A stretch of 62,774 nucleotides of DNA, counting the filler. It is 5 parts of 5 records of this genome, joined end to end, with 100 filler letters (N's around TTAATTAATTAA, not from the genome) between each part and the next. Parts side by side here need not be neighbours in the genome. Positions count along the whole stretch, not along the records: positions 13,556 to 37,751 come from DRR723986_7307; 4 more parts are not named here. The stretch is one strand, 5' to 3'. Below the pieces are notes generated by a model. That model did not search any database and was not told where the DNA came from. It saw nothing but the letters and a program-made list of their open reading frames with translations. The number at the start of each line of letters is the position of its first letter. The first letter of the stretch is position 1. Of this stretch, positions 20,330-29,674 are shown piece after piece. The translations under genes and the position numbers were made by a program.

Positions 20330-20764
20330 TCACCTCTCCTTGGCCGGCTTCAGAACCGGGTTCAGGGTAAGGCTCGCGGAGGAGCGGGCAGCTTCCTTAC
20401 CGCGAGAATCGTAGAGTTCTGCTTCGGCAAAAAGCATTGCCCGGCCGACATTGCGCAGGCGGGCCACCACTTCGATGGCACCTTTACGAACAGGACGGAG
20501 GAAGTGGGTATGCAGATCCACCGTCGAAGGAAGTTTCGTCTTGCCAGCTTTCATGCCCGCCAGCATGCCAATTGTATCATCCATCATAGCGACAAGATAC
20601 CCGCCCTGGATGACCCCGGCTGGATTACAGAATTCCGGCCGGCCCTCGAAACGCACCCGCGTCGTCAGTTCCTTCATGTCGAGCGCAAGAAGCTCGAAGC
20701 CGAGTGAGGTTGAACTCGGGCTTGGCGCCGGAAAGACATCACGAATGAGGTGGCTGTCAGGCAT
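20330..20764 (-). CDS. PaaI-family hotdog thioesterase
   Basis: NPAGVIQGGYLVAMMDD; FLRPV. Confidence 0.85.
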   Translation of the reverse strand: MPDSHLIRDVFPAPSPSSTSLGFELLALDMKELTTRVRFEGRPEFCNPAGVIQGGYLVAMMDDTIGMLAGMKAGKTKLPSTVDLHTHFLRPVRKGAIEVVARLRNVGRAMLFAEAELYDSRGKEAARSSASLTLNPVLKPAKER

Positions 20765-20770
20765 GTGAGA

Positions 20771-21937
20771 CTAAAGTGTCCTCGCGATCAGCATTTTCAT
20801 GACTTCGTTGGCACCGCCATAGATACGCTGGACACGGGCGTCCGCATACATCTGTGCAATGGGGTACTCATCCATATAACCGAAGCCTCCGTGCAGCTGC
20901 AGGCACTCGTCGATGATCTTGCACTGCAGGTCACTGATCCAGTACTTCGACATGGAGGCGGTCGCGGCGTCGAGTTCCTCCTTCAGGAGAAGCTCCGTGC
21001 AGTGATCAGCGAACACCTTCGCGACGGTTGCTTCGGTCTTGCATTCAGCGAGCTTGAACTGCGTGTTCTGGAAGTCGAAAATCGTGCCACCGAATGCCTT
21101 GCGGTTCTTCACATACTCGACTGTCTCATGGATGGCGCGCTCGATCATGCCGATACCCTGAAGGCCGATGATGTGGCGCTCCTGGGGCAGCTTTTGCATC
21201 AGCTGAATGAAGCCTTTGCCCTCGACTTCCCCCAGCAGGTTGGAGGCAGGCACGCGCACATCGTCGAAGAACAGCTCCGACGTATCCGCTGCATGCTGGC
21301 CGACTTTTTCAAGGTTCCGGCCGCGGCGGAAACCTTCCACCTTGTCCGTCTCAACGCCGATGATCGAGATACCTTTCGCGCCCAGGCTCGGGTCGGTCTT
21401 GACGCAAAGCAGGATCAGGTTGGCTGTCTGGCCGTTAGAAATGAAGGTCTTCGAACCATTGATGACATACTCGTCGCCGTCGCGCTTGGCCGTCGTCTTC
21501 ATGCCTTGCAGGTCAGAGCCAGCCCCCGGCTCGGTCATCGCAATGGCGGTGACGATGTCGCCAGAGCAGATGCCCGGCAGCCAGCGGCGCTTTTGCTCTT
21601 CCGTGCCGTAGGCCGTGATATAGGGCGCGATGATGGCGTTGTGCAGTGTGATGCCGAAGCCATCGACACCCTTCCACTGCTGCTGTTCGATGATGATCGC
21701 CTCATGACGGAAATCACCACCAGCGCCGCCATATTCTTCCGGAACCGATGCACCCAGCAGGCCCATCTCGCCCGCTTTCTTCCAGATCTCCTTCGGCACG
21801 ATACCGGCCTTACGCCATTCCGGCACGTGCGGAGCACATTCCTTTTCAAAGAACTGGCCAACCGCGTCGGAGAAAATGTCGAGCTCCTCATCCTGCCGCC
21901 ACGCGGCCATGGGTACATTGAGCGGGCTCTGTTGCAT
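20771..21937 (-). CDS. Long-chain-type acyl-CoA dehydrogenase
   Basis: AMTEPGAGSDLQ, NGSKTFISNG, QLHGGFGYMDEY, RIYGGANE; GGAG RBS supports ATG 21937. Confidence 0.92.
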   Translation of the reverse strand: MQQSPLNVPMAAWRQDEELDIFSDAVGQFFEKECAPHVPEWRKAGIVPKEIWKKAGEMGLLGASVPEEYGGAGGDFRHEAIIIEQQQWKGVDGFGITLHNAIIAPYITAYGTEEQKRRWLPGICSGDIVTAIAMTEPGAGSDLQGMKTTAKRDGDEYVINGSKTFISNGQTANLILLCVKTDPSLGAKGISIIGVETDKVEGFRRGRNLEKVGQHAADTSELFFDDVRVPASNLLGEVEGKGFIQLMQKLPQERHIIGLQGIGMIERAIHETVEYVKNRKAFGGTIFDFQNTQFKLAECKTEATVAKVFADHCTELLLKEELDAATASMSKYWISDLQCKIIDECLQLHGGFGYMDEYPIAQMYADARVQRIYGGANEVMKMLIARTL

Positions 21938-21988
21938 GATCGGTCTCCGGCTTTCCTCTGAATATAGTGAGCAAGCGGGCAATTGCCG

Positions 21989-22004
21989 CTTACGTTCACG
22001 TAAA
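21989..22004. promoter_or_regulatory. LiuR-type (MerR family) operator upstream of the acyl-CoA dehydrogenase/thiolase/fadJ operon
   Basis: cTTACGT-TC-ACGTAAa palindrome matching the TTACGT-NN-ACGTAA LiuR consensus, about 50 nt upstream of ATG 21937. Confidence 0.75.
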
Positions 22005-22152
22005 CATGTAGCCGCCCGATCCTGCTTTTCCCAGACCTTCCCCGGCGTCAGATCTGCGCTGTTTCAGGGAAAATTTTGCCGCAGGCAGCCGCCGGGAGTG
22101 TACCACACTCCCGTGACAAGCCCGAGACCATCAAAATCTGGAAAAATTCGCC

Positions 22153-23934
22153 TCAGAAGGCGTCGGCCTGGAGACTCATCAGAGGCGCCGCGCCAGTCTT
22201 CACTTTTGCGAGATGAGCTGCGCCATCCGGCAACAGACGCTCGACGAAGTAACGTCCGGTGGCCAGTTTCTGCTCGTAGAAGGGCTCCTTGCCCTGGCTG
22301 TCCAGCGCGACCTTGGCCATCCGGGCCCACATGAAAGCAAGAGCGGCCAGACCAAACAGGTGCAGGTAGTCGTGGCTGGAGGCACCGGCATTATTGAAGT
22401 CGGACATCCCGTTCTGCATCAGCCACATCGTGCCTTCCTGCAGCTCGGCCTTGATCTTCTGAAGGCCTTCCACAAACAGCGCCATTTCTGCATTCCCCTC
22501 GTTCGCCGCGACGAACTCGTCGATATCGGAGAAGAACGAGAACACGGCGCGTCCACCATTGGCGGCCAGCTTGCGGCCGACGAGGTCCAGCGCCTGCACG
22601 CCGTTGGTGCCCTCATAGATCGTGGTGATCCGGCAATCGCGGACGATCTGTTCCATGCCCCATTCGCGGGTGAAGCCCGAACCGCCATGCAGCTGCAGCG
22701 CCCAATTCGCGCACTCGTAGCCCTTGTGAGTCAGGTAGGCTTTCACCACCGGCGTGAGCAGCGCCATATAATCGGAAGACTTCTCACGCACGCTGTCATC
22801 CGGCGATTTGTGCTGGAGATCAGCCTGGAAAGCCGTCCAGTAGGTGAAGCAGCGCGCACCCTCGATAAAGGCTTTCTGGTCCATCAGCATGCGGCGCACA
22901 TCAGGGTGCACAATGATCGGGTCTGCAGGTTGCTCAGGTGATTTCACGCCGGTCAGCGATCGGCCCTGGACACGGTCGCGCGCAAAGTCAGCGGCGTTCT
23001 GGTAGGCCAATTCGGCCTGAGACAGCCCCTGCAGGCCAACACCAAGGCGCGCCTCGTTCATCATAACGAACATGGTGCGCATGCCTTTGTGTTCCTCACC
23101 CACGAGGAAGCCGGTCGCGCCGTCATAATTCATCACGCATGTCGCGTTGCCGTGAATGCCCATTTTCTCTTCTAGGCCACCGCAGGAGCAGGCATTGCGC
23201 TCACCAATCGAGCCATCTTCGCCCACCATGTATTTCGGCACCAGAAACAATGAGATGCCCTTGATGCCTTCCGGGCCGCCTTCGATGCGGGCCAGAACCA
23301 GGTGGATGATGTTGTCAGTCAGATCCTGCTCGCCGCCGGAAATCCAGATCTTCTGACCGGTAATCTTATAGGTACCGTCCGGCTGAGGCACGGCTTTCGT
23401 CTTGATCATACCCAGATCGGTGCCGCACTGCGGCTCGGTCAGGTTCATCGTGCCAGCCCATTCAGCTGATGCCATTTTCGGACCGTACTTGGCCTTCAGC
23501 TCGTCAGACCCGCCGGCCATCAGCGCCTGAAACGCGCCATGGGTCAGCCCCGGATACATGCCGAACGCCATGTTCGAGGACGATACCATTTCGGTCCAGG
23601 CGATGTTCACAACATGAGGCAGGCCCTGCCCGCCCATTTCCGGATCTACCGAAAGAAGCGGCCAGCCGCCTTCGACCAGTTGCTTGTAGGCCTCCGGGAA
23701 ACCGTCCGGTGTCTTGACGCTCGCGTCATCGCTGCGGACACAGCCTTGGCGGTCCCCGACTGCGTTCAGCGGATACAGCACTTCCTTCGCAAACTTGCCG
23801 CCTTCCTCGAGAATCGCGTTGACCAGATCCGGCGTCACTTCCTCGAAACCCGGCAGGTTCGAATAATTCTGAATCTGGAGCACTTCCTGAAGGATGAAGC
23901 GCATATCGCGAATGGGAGCGTCGTAACGAGGCAT
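22153..23934 (-). CDS. Acyl-CoA dehydrogenase, about 600-aa DmdC/FadE5-like class
   Basis: GTMNLTEPQCGTDLG, KMGIHGNATC, IYEGTNGVQALDLVGRK. Confidence 0.9.
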   Translation of the reverse strand: MPRYDAPIRDMRFILQEVLQIQNYSNLPGFEEVTPDLVNAILEEGGKFAKEVLYPLNAVGDRQGCVRSDDASVKTPDGFPEAYKQLVEGGWPLLSVDPEMGGQGLPHVVNIAWTEMVSSSNMAFGMYPGLTHGAFQALMAGGSDELKAKYGPKMASAEWAGTMNLTEPQCGTDLGMIKTKAVPQPDGTYKITGQKIWISGGEQDLTDNIIHLVLARIEGGPEGIKGISLFLVPKYMVGEDGSIGERNACSCGGLEEKMGIHGNATCVMNYDGATGFLVGEEHKGMRTMFVMMNEARLGVGLQGLSQAELAYQNAADFARDRVQGRSLTGVKSPEQPADPIIVHPDVRRMLMDQKAFIEGARCFTYWTAFQADLQHKSPDDSVREKSSDYMALLTPVVKAYLTHKGYECANWALQLHGGSGFTREWGMEQIVRDCRITTIYEGTNGVQALDLVGRKLAANGGRAVFSFFSDIDEFVAANEGNAEMALFVEGLQKIKAELQEGTMWLMQNGMSDFNNAGASSHDYLHLFGLAALAFMWARMAKVALDSQGKEPFYEQKLATGRYFVERLLPDGAAHLAKVKTGAAPLMSLQADAF

Positions 23935-24031
23935 TTGTGCATGTCCTTTAATGCGTGAAGGGCGACCACCACTTTCGTAGCGCGCCCTTCTGGAAAGGTC
24001 TTTCTAATTTGGCGGAAATCCGCCCTACAGA

Positions 24032-24511
24032 TCAGACTTCGTCAAGCTGACGACGCGCCACGGCTTCATATGCAGCGGCCTGACGCTTGCCTTCTTCAGT
24101 CGGGCCAACCTGGTCAACCAGGCCTTCCAGCCAGACGATGCCTTTGCGGAGTTCGCCGAGTGCGGTGTCGATATCTTCTCGCTGGATTTCCAGCTCTTTC
24201 ACCTGCTTGCGGAATTTCTCCAGCATCATGCGCGTCTGCGCCCGCTTGCCGTCATTCAGCGCGTAGAGATCGAGGATCTCCCGGATGTCTGCCAGCGGCA
24301 AACCGAGGCGTTTCAGGCGGACGATGATCGTCAGCCGGGCGCGGTCGCGGTTTGAGTAAACTCGCATCATGCCGTCTCGCGCCGGGTGCAGCATGTCTTT
24401 GTCTTCGTAGAAACGCAGGGCCCGTGGTGTCACTCCGAACTCCCGGGCGAGTTCAGAGATGGTGTAAGTGCGGGAATCTGCAGCGGAAATCGAGGGGTGC
24501 TTGTGTGACAT
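24032..24511 (-). CDS. MerR-family regulator, LiuR-like
   Basis: YTISELAREFGVTPRALRFYEDK, RDRARL, and operator-like palindromes in its own upstream region. Confidence 0.85.
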   Translation of the reverse strand: MSHKHPSISAADSRTYTISELAREFGVTPRALRFYEDKDMLHPARDGMMRVYSNRDRARLTIIVRLKRLGLPLADIREILDLYALNDGKRAQTRMMLEKFRKQVKELEIQREDIDTALGELRKGIVWLEGLVDQVGPTEEGKRQAAAYEAVARRQLDEV

Positions 24512-24532
24512 AAGGTCAACTTAGATCAAACC

Positions 24533-24552
24533 TTACGCGAACGTCAACGTAA
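24533..24552. promoter_or_regulatory. Overlapping LiuR-like operators (probable autoregulation)
   Basis: TTACGCGAACGTCAACGTAA holds two staggered 2-mismatch copies of TTACGT-NN-ACGTAA, 21 nt upstream of the regulator ATG. Confidence 0.55.
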
Positions 24553-24593
24553 GCCCCGAATAAATTTTGCGCCATCCCGCCCTTCTGAGCCAA

Positions 24594-24608
24594 TTAACCG
24601 GAAATTAC
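24594..24608. promoter_or_regulatory. Near-consensus CtrA box upstream of podJ
   Basis: TTAA-CCGGAAA-TTAC, one mismatch to TTAA-N7-TTAA. Confidence 0.5.
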
Positions 24609-24643
24609 CCCACTGTTATCAGATTAAACGGAAATCTTTACCT

Positions 24644-24658
24644 TTAACCTCCCCTTAA
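24644..24658. promoter_or_regulatory. Consensus CtrA box upstream of podJ
   Basis: TTAA-CCTCCCC-TTAA in GC-rich DNA; podJ is a known CtrA target in Caulobacter. Confidence 0.75.
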
Positions 24659-24748
24659 GACGGCGCCTGCCATCAAACATTGGGAAAATGAACAAATCTG
24701 CCCGTTTCGTTAACCGGTACGGGCCGGTTGGCTGTCAGGAGTATGGGG

Positions 24749-27700
24749 ATGAGTCAGTCAGGCACAGGGGCCGCGAAGGGAATCGACCAGCGCGCCCGCG
24801 AAGCCGCAAGGGAGGCCGCCCGTTCGGAAGGCCTGACCTTGGGCGAATACCTAGACCGGCTGATGAAAGCCCCCGCTGAGGGCCGTCAGCCGAACGAAGT
24901 GGTCGCCCCGGCTGGCATGCGGCGGCCGCGTTCCAGCACAACAGACGAGGCACTTGAGCGCCTGACCCGGCGGATCGAAGCGACTGAGGCCCGCTCGGCC
25001 ATGGCAATCACCAGCATGGACGACACCATCCATGATCTGGTTGGACGCTTGGAAGACACGCAGCAAACAACCGCTGCAATCGCCGGCCACGTTGAAGGCG
25101 TGATCGACCAGCTGCGTGAAACCCACGATGCCCTGAAACAAAAAGTCCGCCGGTTGGAAGAGGACGATTCCCAACAGGAAAACCTCGAAGCCCTGAAAGC
25201 ACTCGAAAGTGCGCTCGGCAAGCTGGCCAGCCATGTCTACGAAGAGAACGAACTGGCTGAGCAGGAAACCCAGGCAATCAAGGGCCGGGTCGAATCCGGC
25301 TTCATGGATATTATCGAACGCGTCGAGGCGATGGAGACGCGGGTTGAGACCAGCCGGACCGAAACCGCCGAGCAAATCAAACAAGGCGTGGAGCAGGCCG
25401 CCCTGCGCGCAGCAGGTGTCGCTCGCCAGGTTTCCGAACGCGTGGAAGGCCTGGAAACAGAAGTGCATGAACGCCTCGCCGCGCTGAGCGATCGCCAGGA
25501 ACGCCTCGAAGCGACAGAAACACGTATGGAAGCCATAGAGACCGATGTCTCCGGAGCGCTCGATTCGCTGGATATGCGCTTCGATCAGATCCAGAACAGG
25601 CTGACGCTCGCGGAAACCACGACGGATTCCGCGCTGAAAAATCTTGAAACGACCGTCTCAAGCCTGGATGCGCGGATTGGCGATGTCGCAAGCAAGATGG
25701 ATCCGGATCTTGCCAGCCGCCTGCGGACGGAATTCGAGGTCCGTTTCGAAGAGATGATGTCATCTGTTCGCGAAACTGTGGATGCAGTGCGCCAGGAACT
25801 GGCAGAGGAAATCGCGCGCACGGCAACAACATCCAATCTCGAGGCCATCACCGAGTTGAAAGAAACGCTCGGCGGCGTGCAGGAACGCCTGGACGCCAGC
25901 GAGGAGCGCCAGGCCAGTGCCATTGAGAAAGTGTCGGAGCAGGTCGGCACGCTGAACGAGACCTTCGATACACGTCTGCGTGAAGTCGAAGAACGGAGCG
26001 ATGCGGCAGCTGGCGAAGCCGTGCGCGACGAGATCGAACGCCTTGGCAAAACGGTTAGCGACCGGATCGATGAGCTGGCCGAAGACCTGACCCAACGGGT
26101 CAATGACAGTGAGGCCCGCAGCGCTGAAGCGATCGAGCAGATTGGCGATCAGGTCGCAGCAGCGAACAATCGGCTTCAGCTGCGCCAGAATGAGGCGATC
26201 AAGACGCTGGCGGAACAGGTCGACGAGAACCGCCGGAAGGCCGATGCACATCTGTCTGATGCCCTCGCCAATGTCACAGATCGCCTGGAACAGATGCAGT
26301 CACAGGCCAACGAATCCCTGTCGCCGGTGCAAAAAGCGATCGCGATGCTGGCTGCGCGTCTGGAAAACCTCGAAGAAAACACACCGCCGCCCGGCGGACC
26401 GGTTGAGTTGAACGGCCCGCCCGCCAGCTTGATGGATATCGATGATGATCCGCTGTCAGACAGTCAGTTCGAGGCATTCGAAGACCCATCCGACTTCGAC
26501 AGTTTCGAAGACTTCGGCACATTCGAAGCATTTGCTGATCTCGATACCGATGAGGCCAGCGTTGATGTTGAGCCGGCAGTTACCTTACCGGACACTGAAC
26601 ATACATTACCAGCCCTTGACGAACCAGAACTGGACGGCGCTACCCCTGAAACCGACGCCTCCGAAGACGATAACGGCGTCGTGTTCGAATCTGACGAAGA
26701 CCAAGAACTGACTGCCGATTCCGACGTTGAAACCGATATGACAGAAGACACCGAGGTCTTCGAAGCCGGTATCGAGTCCTGGTCATCCGAACCGGATGAC
26801 GACAACCAGGCAAAAACGGCCGAATCCTTCGAGGACGATTTCGATGCCATCCGCGCTGCCGTCGAAGGGCTGAGCTTCGCTACGCTGGAAGCGGAAGCAC
26901 AAGAAGATGAGAAGGACACGGACGAAGACAGCGCAGCTAACCTGCTGGTTGAGGGTGACGAGGACGACTTCATCGATCCGCTGGAAGCGCTTGAGGGACT
27001 GGAAGATCTCGATGAGGCGCACACCGAAGCCCGGGAATCCGACATCTTCGACGACGAGGAATTTGAAGAGATCGATCTGCCTGCGGCTGACGAAGTCTCC
27101 GTCGAAACTGAAACAGAAAGCGAAGAAGAGCCCGAAGGAATTGAGCTGGAGGCTGCAGACGAAGCAGACAAGCAGCTGGACGACGACACCGCAGATTATC
27201 TGACACGCGCCCGCAAGGCCGCGATGGCTGCGAGCTTCGGCAAGAGCAACACTCAAACTGTCAGCGCCTCGCGGCGCCCGGTCGTACGGATGACGTCCGT
27301 TGGAGGCGCGAGCCGCCTCCCTCTCATCGCGGCGGCCTCCGCTGTTGCTGTCGCTGGTGTTACAGCAGGTGGATATCTCTATATTCGCGGCAAGCAGGAA
27401 GCGCCGGTTCAGTCCACGCCGGTCAGCACATATGTCGATCCGGGCGTATCAGACGCCGCTGCTGCTTCTCTCACGGCCATTGAAGAAACGGCAGAGACGG
27501 AAGACCAGGCCGCAGCAGCGATCGAAGAAGACCTGTTCGGTGAGCCGGCCACGCCGCCTGCCCAAGCTCAGTACGCTCCGGTTCCACCGGTCGTCACGGT
27601 TCAGGCTGCCGCAGCCTCGGGCAATTACATCGCCCAGTATCAGCTGGCACAGGAGAAGCTGACTTCCGGTGAATATGCCGATGGCGCAACGCTGATGCGC

Positions 27701-28390
27701 AAGTCGGCCCAAAAGGGTCTGCCAATTGCGCAATACGCGCTCGCAAAGCTGCACGAACGCGGTACCGGCGTGCCGAAAGACCTCTCACTCGCCCGGGAGT
27801 GGACGGAGAAAGCGGCCACAGGCGGCAACGTGAAGGCGATGCATGACCTTGCTGTCTTCATGGCCGAAGGCGAAGGCGGCGAGCAGACTTATGCCGGCGC
27901 CGTAGAATGGTTCCGCAAAGGCGCTGAGTACGGCGTCGTCGACAGCCAATACAATCTCGGCGTCCTTTACGAACAGGGCCTGGGCATCAGCCCGAATCTT
28001 ACGGAATCCCTGTTCTGGTTTGATGTGGCGAACCGCAATGGAGATGGCGGCGCACCGACAAAAATTGCTGAACTGATCGAGCGTGTTTCACCAGAAGCCG
28101 CCGCACAGGCCCGCAGCCGCGCCGCAACTTGGCAGCCTGCGACAGCCAACGCCATTGCCAATGGCCGCTTTGGCGCGCAGCCATGGAACATGGGCAACCC
28201 GCTGCAGGTTCAGGCAATTCAAAAAGCCCTGAATAGCCTTGGCTACGCGGCTGGCACGCCGGATGGCATCATGGGCGATGGCACGGCGACAGCGATCCGC
28301 GAATATCAGCGTGCCAACAACCTGCCCGTGACAGGCACGGTGACGTCCGATTTGATCGATGCCCTGAACGCCGGCGCCAGCGCAGGCTGA
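24749..28390 (+). CDS. podJ: Polar organelle development protein PodJ
   Basis: KGIDQRAREAAREAARSEGLTLGEYL N-terminus, long coiled coil, acidic disordered region, one TM helix, Sel1 repeats, C-terminal PG-binding domain. AGGAG RBS fits ATG 24749. Confidence 0.88.
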   Translation: MSQSGTGAAKGIDQRAREAAREAARSEGLTLGEYLDRLMKAPAEGRQPNEVVAPAGMRRPRSSTTDEALERLTRRIEATEARSAMAITSMDDTIHDLVGRLEDTQQTTAAIAGHVEGVIDQLRETHDALKQKVRRLEEDDSQQENLEALKALESALGKLASHVYEENELAEQETQAIKGRVESGFMDIIERVEAMETRVETSRTETAEQIKQGVEQAALRAAGVARQVSERVEGLETEVHERLAALSDRQERLEATETRMEAIETDVSGALDSLDMRFDQIQNRLTLAETTTDSALKNLETTVSSLDARIGDVASKMDPDLASRLRTEFEVRFEEMMSSVRETVDAVRQELAEEIARTATTSNLEAITELKETLGGVQERLDASEERQASAIEKVSEQVGTLNETFDTRLREVEERSDAAAGEAVRDEIERLGKTVSDRIDELAEDLTQRVNDSEARSAEAIEQIGDQVAAANNRLQLRQNEAIKTLAEQVDENRRKADAHLSDALANVTDRLEQMQSQANESLSPVQKAIAMLAARLENLEENTPPPGGPVELNGPPASLMDIDDDPLSDSQFEAFEDPSDFDSFEDFGTFEAFADLDTDEASVDVEPAVTLPDTEHTLPALDEPELDGATPETDASEDDNGVVFESDEDQELTADSDVETDMTEDTEVFEAGIESWSSEPDDDNQAKTAESFEDDFDAIRAAVEGLSFATLEAEAQEDEKDTDEDSAANLLVEGDEDDFIDPLEALEGLEDLDEAHTEARESDIFDDEEFEEIDLPAADEVSVETETESEEEPEGIELEAADEADKQLDDDTADYLTRARKAAMAASFGKSNTQTVSASRRPVVRMTSVGGASRLPLIAAASAVAVAGVTAGGYLYIRGKQEAPVQSTPVSTYVDPGVSDAAAASLTAIEETAETEDQAAAAIEEDLFGEPATPPAQAQYAPVPPVVTVQAAAASGNYIAQYQLAQEKLTSGEYADGATLMRKSAQKGLPIAQYALAKLHERGTGVPKDLSLAREWTEKAATGGNVKAMHDLAVFMAEGEGGEQTYAGAVEWFRKGAEYGVVDSQYNLGVLYEQGLGISPNLTESLFWFDVANRNGDGGAPTKIAELIERVSPEAAAQARSRAATWQPATANAIANGRFGAQPWNMGNPLQVQAIQKALNSLGYAAGTPDGIMGDGTATAIREYQRANNLPVTGTVTSDLIDALNAGASAG

Positions 28391-28402
28391 TACCCGCGCG
28401 GC

Positions 28403-29674
28403 TTACGGCTTCACATAGGCGTACGGGCGATCTGTCTGATCCAGCGACAAGTAGCGGTCACGAAGCTCCGTCTGGCGCGAGGTCATGTCCTGGGGTTCGC
28501 CGTCGATGAAGACTGCATCCGCATTCGTGGTCACTTCCAGCGGATCTCCATCCCACGCCACAACATCGGCGTGCGCACCCGGCGCCAGAATACCGTAGCC
28601 AGACAATCCATAGATGGACGCAGGCGTCACGGTCAGCGCCTTCATGGCATCATCCCAGTCCATGCCATTGGCCGCGGCATTACCGGCAATCTGCGTCATC
28701 AGACGGGCAAGATGGGTAGAGTCGTCCAGGTTCACGATCGCCACCTGGACCCCGGCCTCATCGAGGCGCGCGGCATTTTCCTGCGTCGCGGCAAGCTGTG
28801 AAAAACTGGCCGGGAGATTTGCGAACCCATCGACAATGACCGGAATCTTCAGCTTCGCCAGCCGGTCAGCCACACGCCAGCCTTCATCGGCGCCAAGGAT
28901 CGCGAACTTCAGGTTCCGGTTCGACTCGGCGAGGTCCATCACGGCGTTGAGGTCGGTCGCACTGCGGGCATCGATCAGGATCAGCTGTCGCCCACGTGCG
29001 GCCGGCGCAAGCGCTTCCGCATCCCGGCGAGACAGCACATCTCCTTCACCGCCGGCAATATAGCGAGTGGGATAGGCGCGGGCATCGTCAAAGGCGGCGC
29101 GAAGCTGGGCCCATGCCGCAGGACGCGACCCACCGGCCAGCCCGGCTCCACCTTCGCCAAGCGTGATGAACGTGAAAGCATCTGATGTCAGGTCTGTGTC
29201 CTGTGTGCCGCTGGTGTCGGCAATAAAGCCTTGACCGGCAAACAGGTTCGTTGAAGGCTGCGGTGCAACCGCAACGCGCGTCACGCCGCCGAGCCGGCTG
29301 ACGTCGACTGCCGTATCATCGGGGTTGAAGCCATCCGACGCATCCAGCGAGGCGGAAAAACCCGAAAGGGCCGCAACGGCATCATTGGTCGAGTCCTCAG
29401 CATCGACTTCGATGATTCCTGTCCGGGAGAAGGCCGAGATGAGACCCGGGGTCACCCATTCGGCACTTATCACTTCAGCCCCTTCCGGCTTGGATGTCGA
29501 CGCGGGCCCGACCGACATGATCGTGCCATTGCGAATAACCACGACGCCATTCTCGATGGTGCCAGCATCCGTGCCCGTCCACACTTTCTTGCCTTCGACG
29601 ACATAGGTTTGTGCCGAGGCGCCGAGCGCGGCCACGGCAACAATTGCAGCACTTGCCATCAGCTTGCGGATCAT
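28403..29674 (-). CDS. Secreted amidohydrolase-fold protein lacking metal-binding histidines
   Basis: Signal peptide; VTPGLISAFSRTG in place of PGxIDxHxH; ADVVAWDGDPL; ATGA overlap with the upstream amidohydrolase. Confidence 0.8.
   Translation of the reverse strand: MIRKLMASAAIVAVAALGASAQTYVVEGKKVWTGTDAGTIENGVVVIRNGTIMSVGPASTSKPEGAEVISAEWVTPGLISAFSRTGIIEVDAEDSTNDAVAALSGFSASLDASDGFNPDDTAVDVSRLGGVTRVAVAPQPSTNLFAGQGFIADTSGTQDTDLTSDAFTFITLGEGGAGLAGGSRPAAWAQLRAAFDDARAYPTRYIAGGEGDVLSRRDAEALAPAARGRQLILIDARSATDLNAVMDLAESNRNLKFAILGADEGWRVADRLAKLKIPVIVDGFANLPASFSQLAATQENAARLDEAGVQVAIVNLDDSTHLARLMTQIAGNAAANGMDWDDAMKALTVTPASIYGLSGYGILAPGAHADVVAWDGDPLEVTTNADAVFIDGEPQDMTSRQTELRDRYLSLDQTDRPYAYVKP

Noticed and set aside
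3482-23934. DmdB-like ligase plus DmdC-like dehydrogenase as a DMSP demethylation pathway
   Set aside because: They are on different fragments, both families are broad acyl-CoA enzymes, and the only GcvT-family gene is a true gcvT, not dmdA.
23957-24024. Two hairpins (gaagggcg/cgcccttc and ggcgg/ccgcc) as a riboswitch or terminator
   Set aside because: No U tract on the coding strand and no known aptamer motif; plausible by chance.
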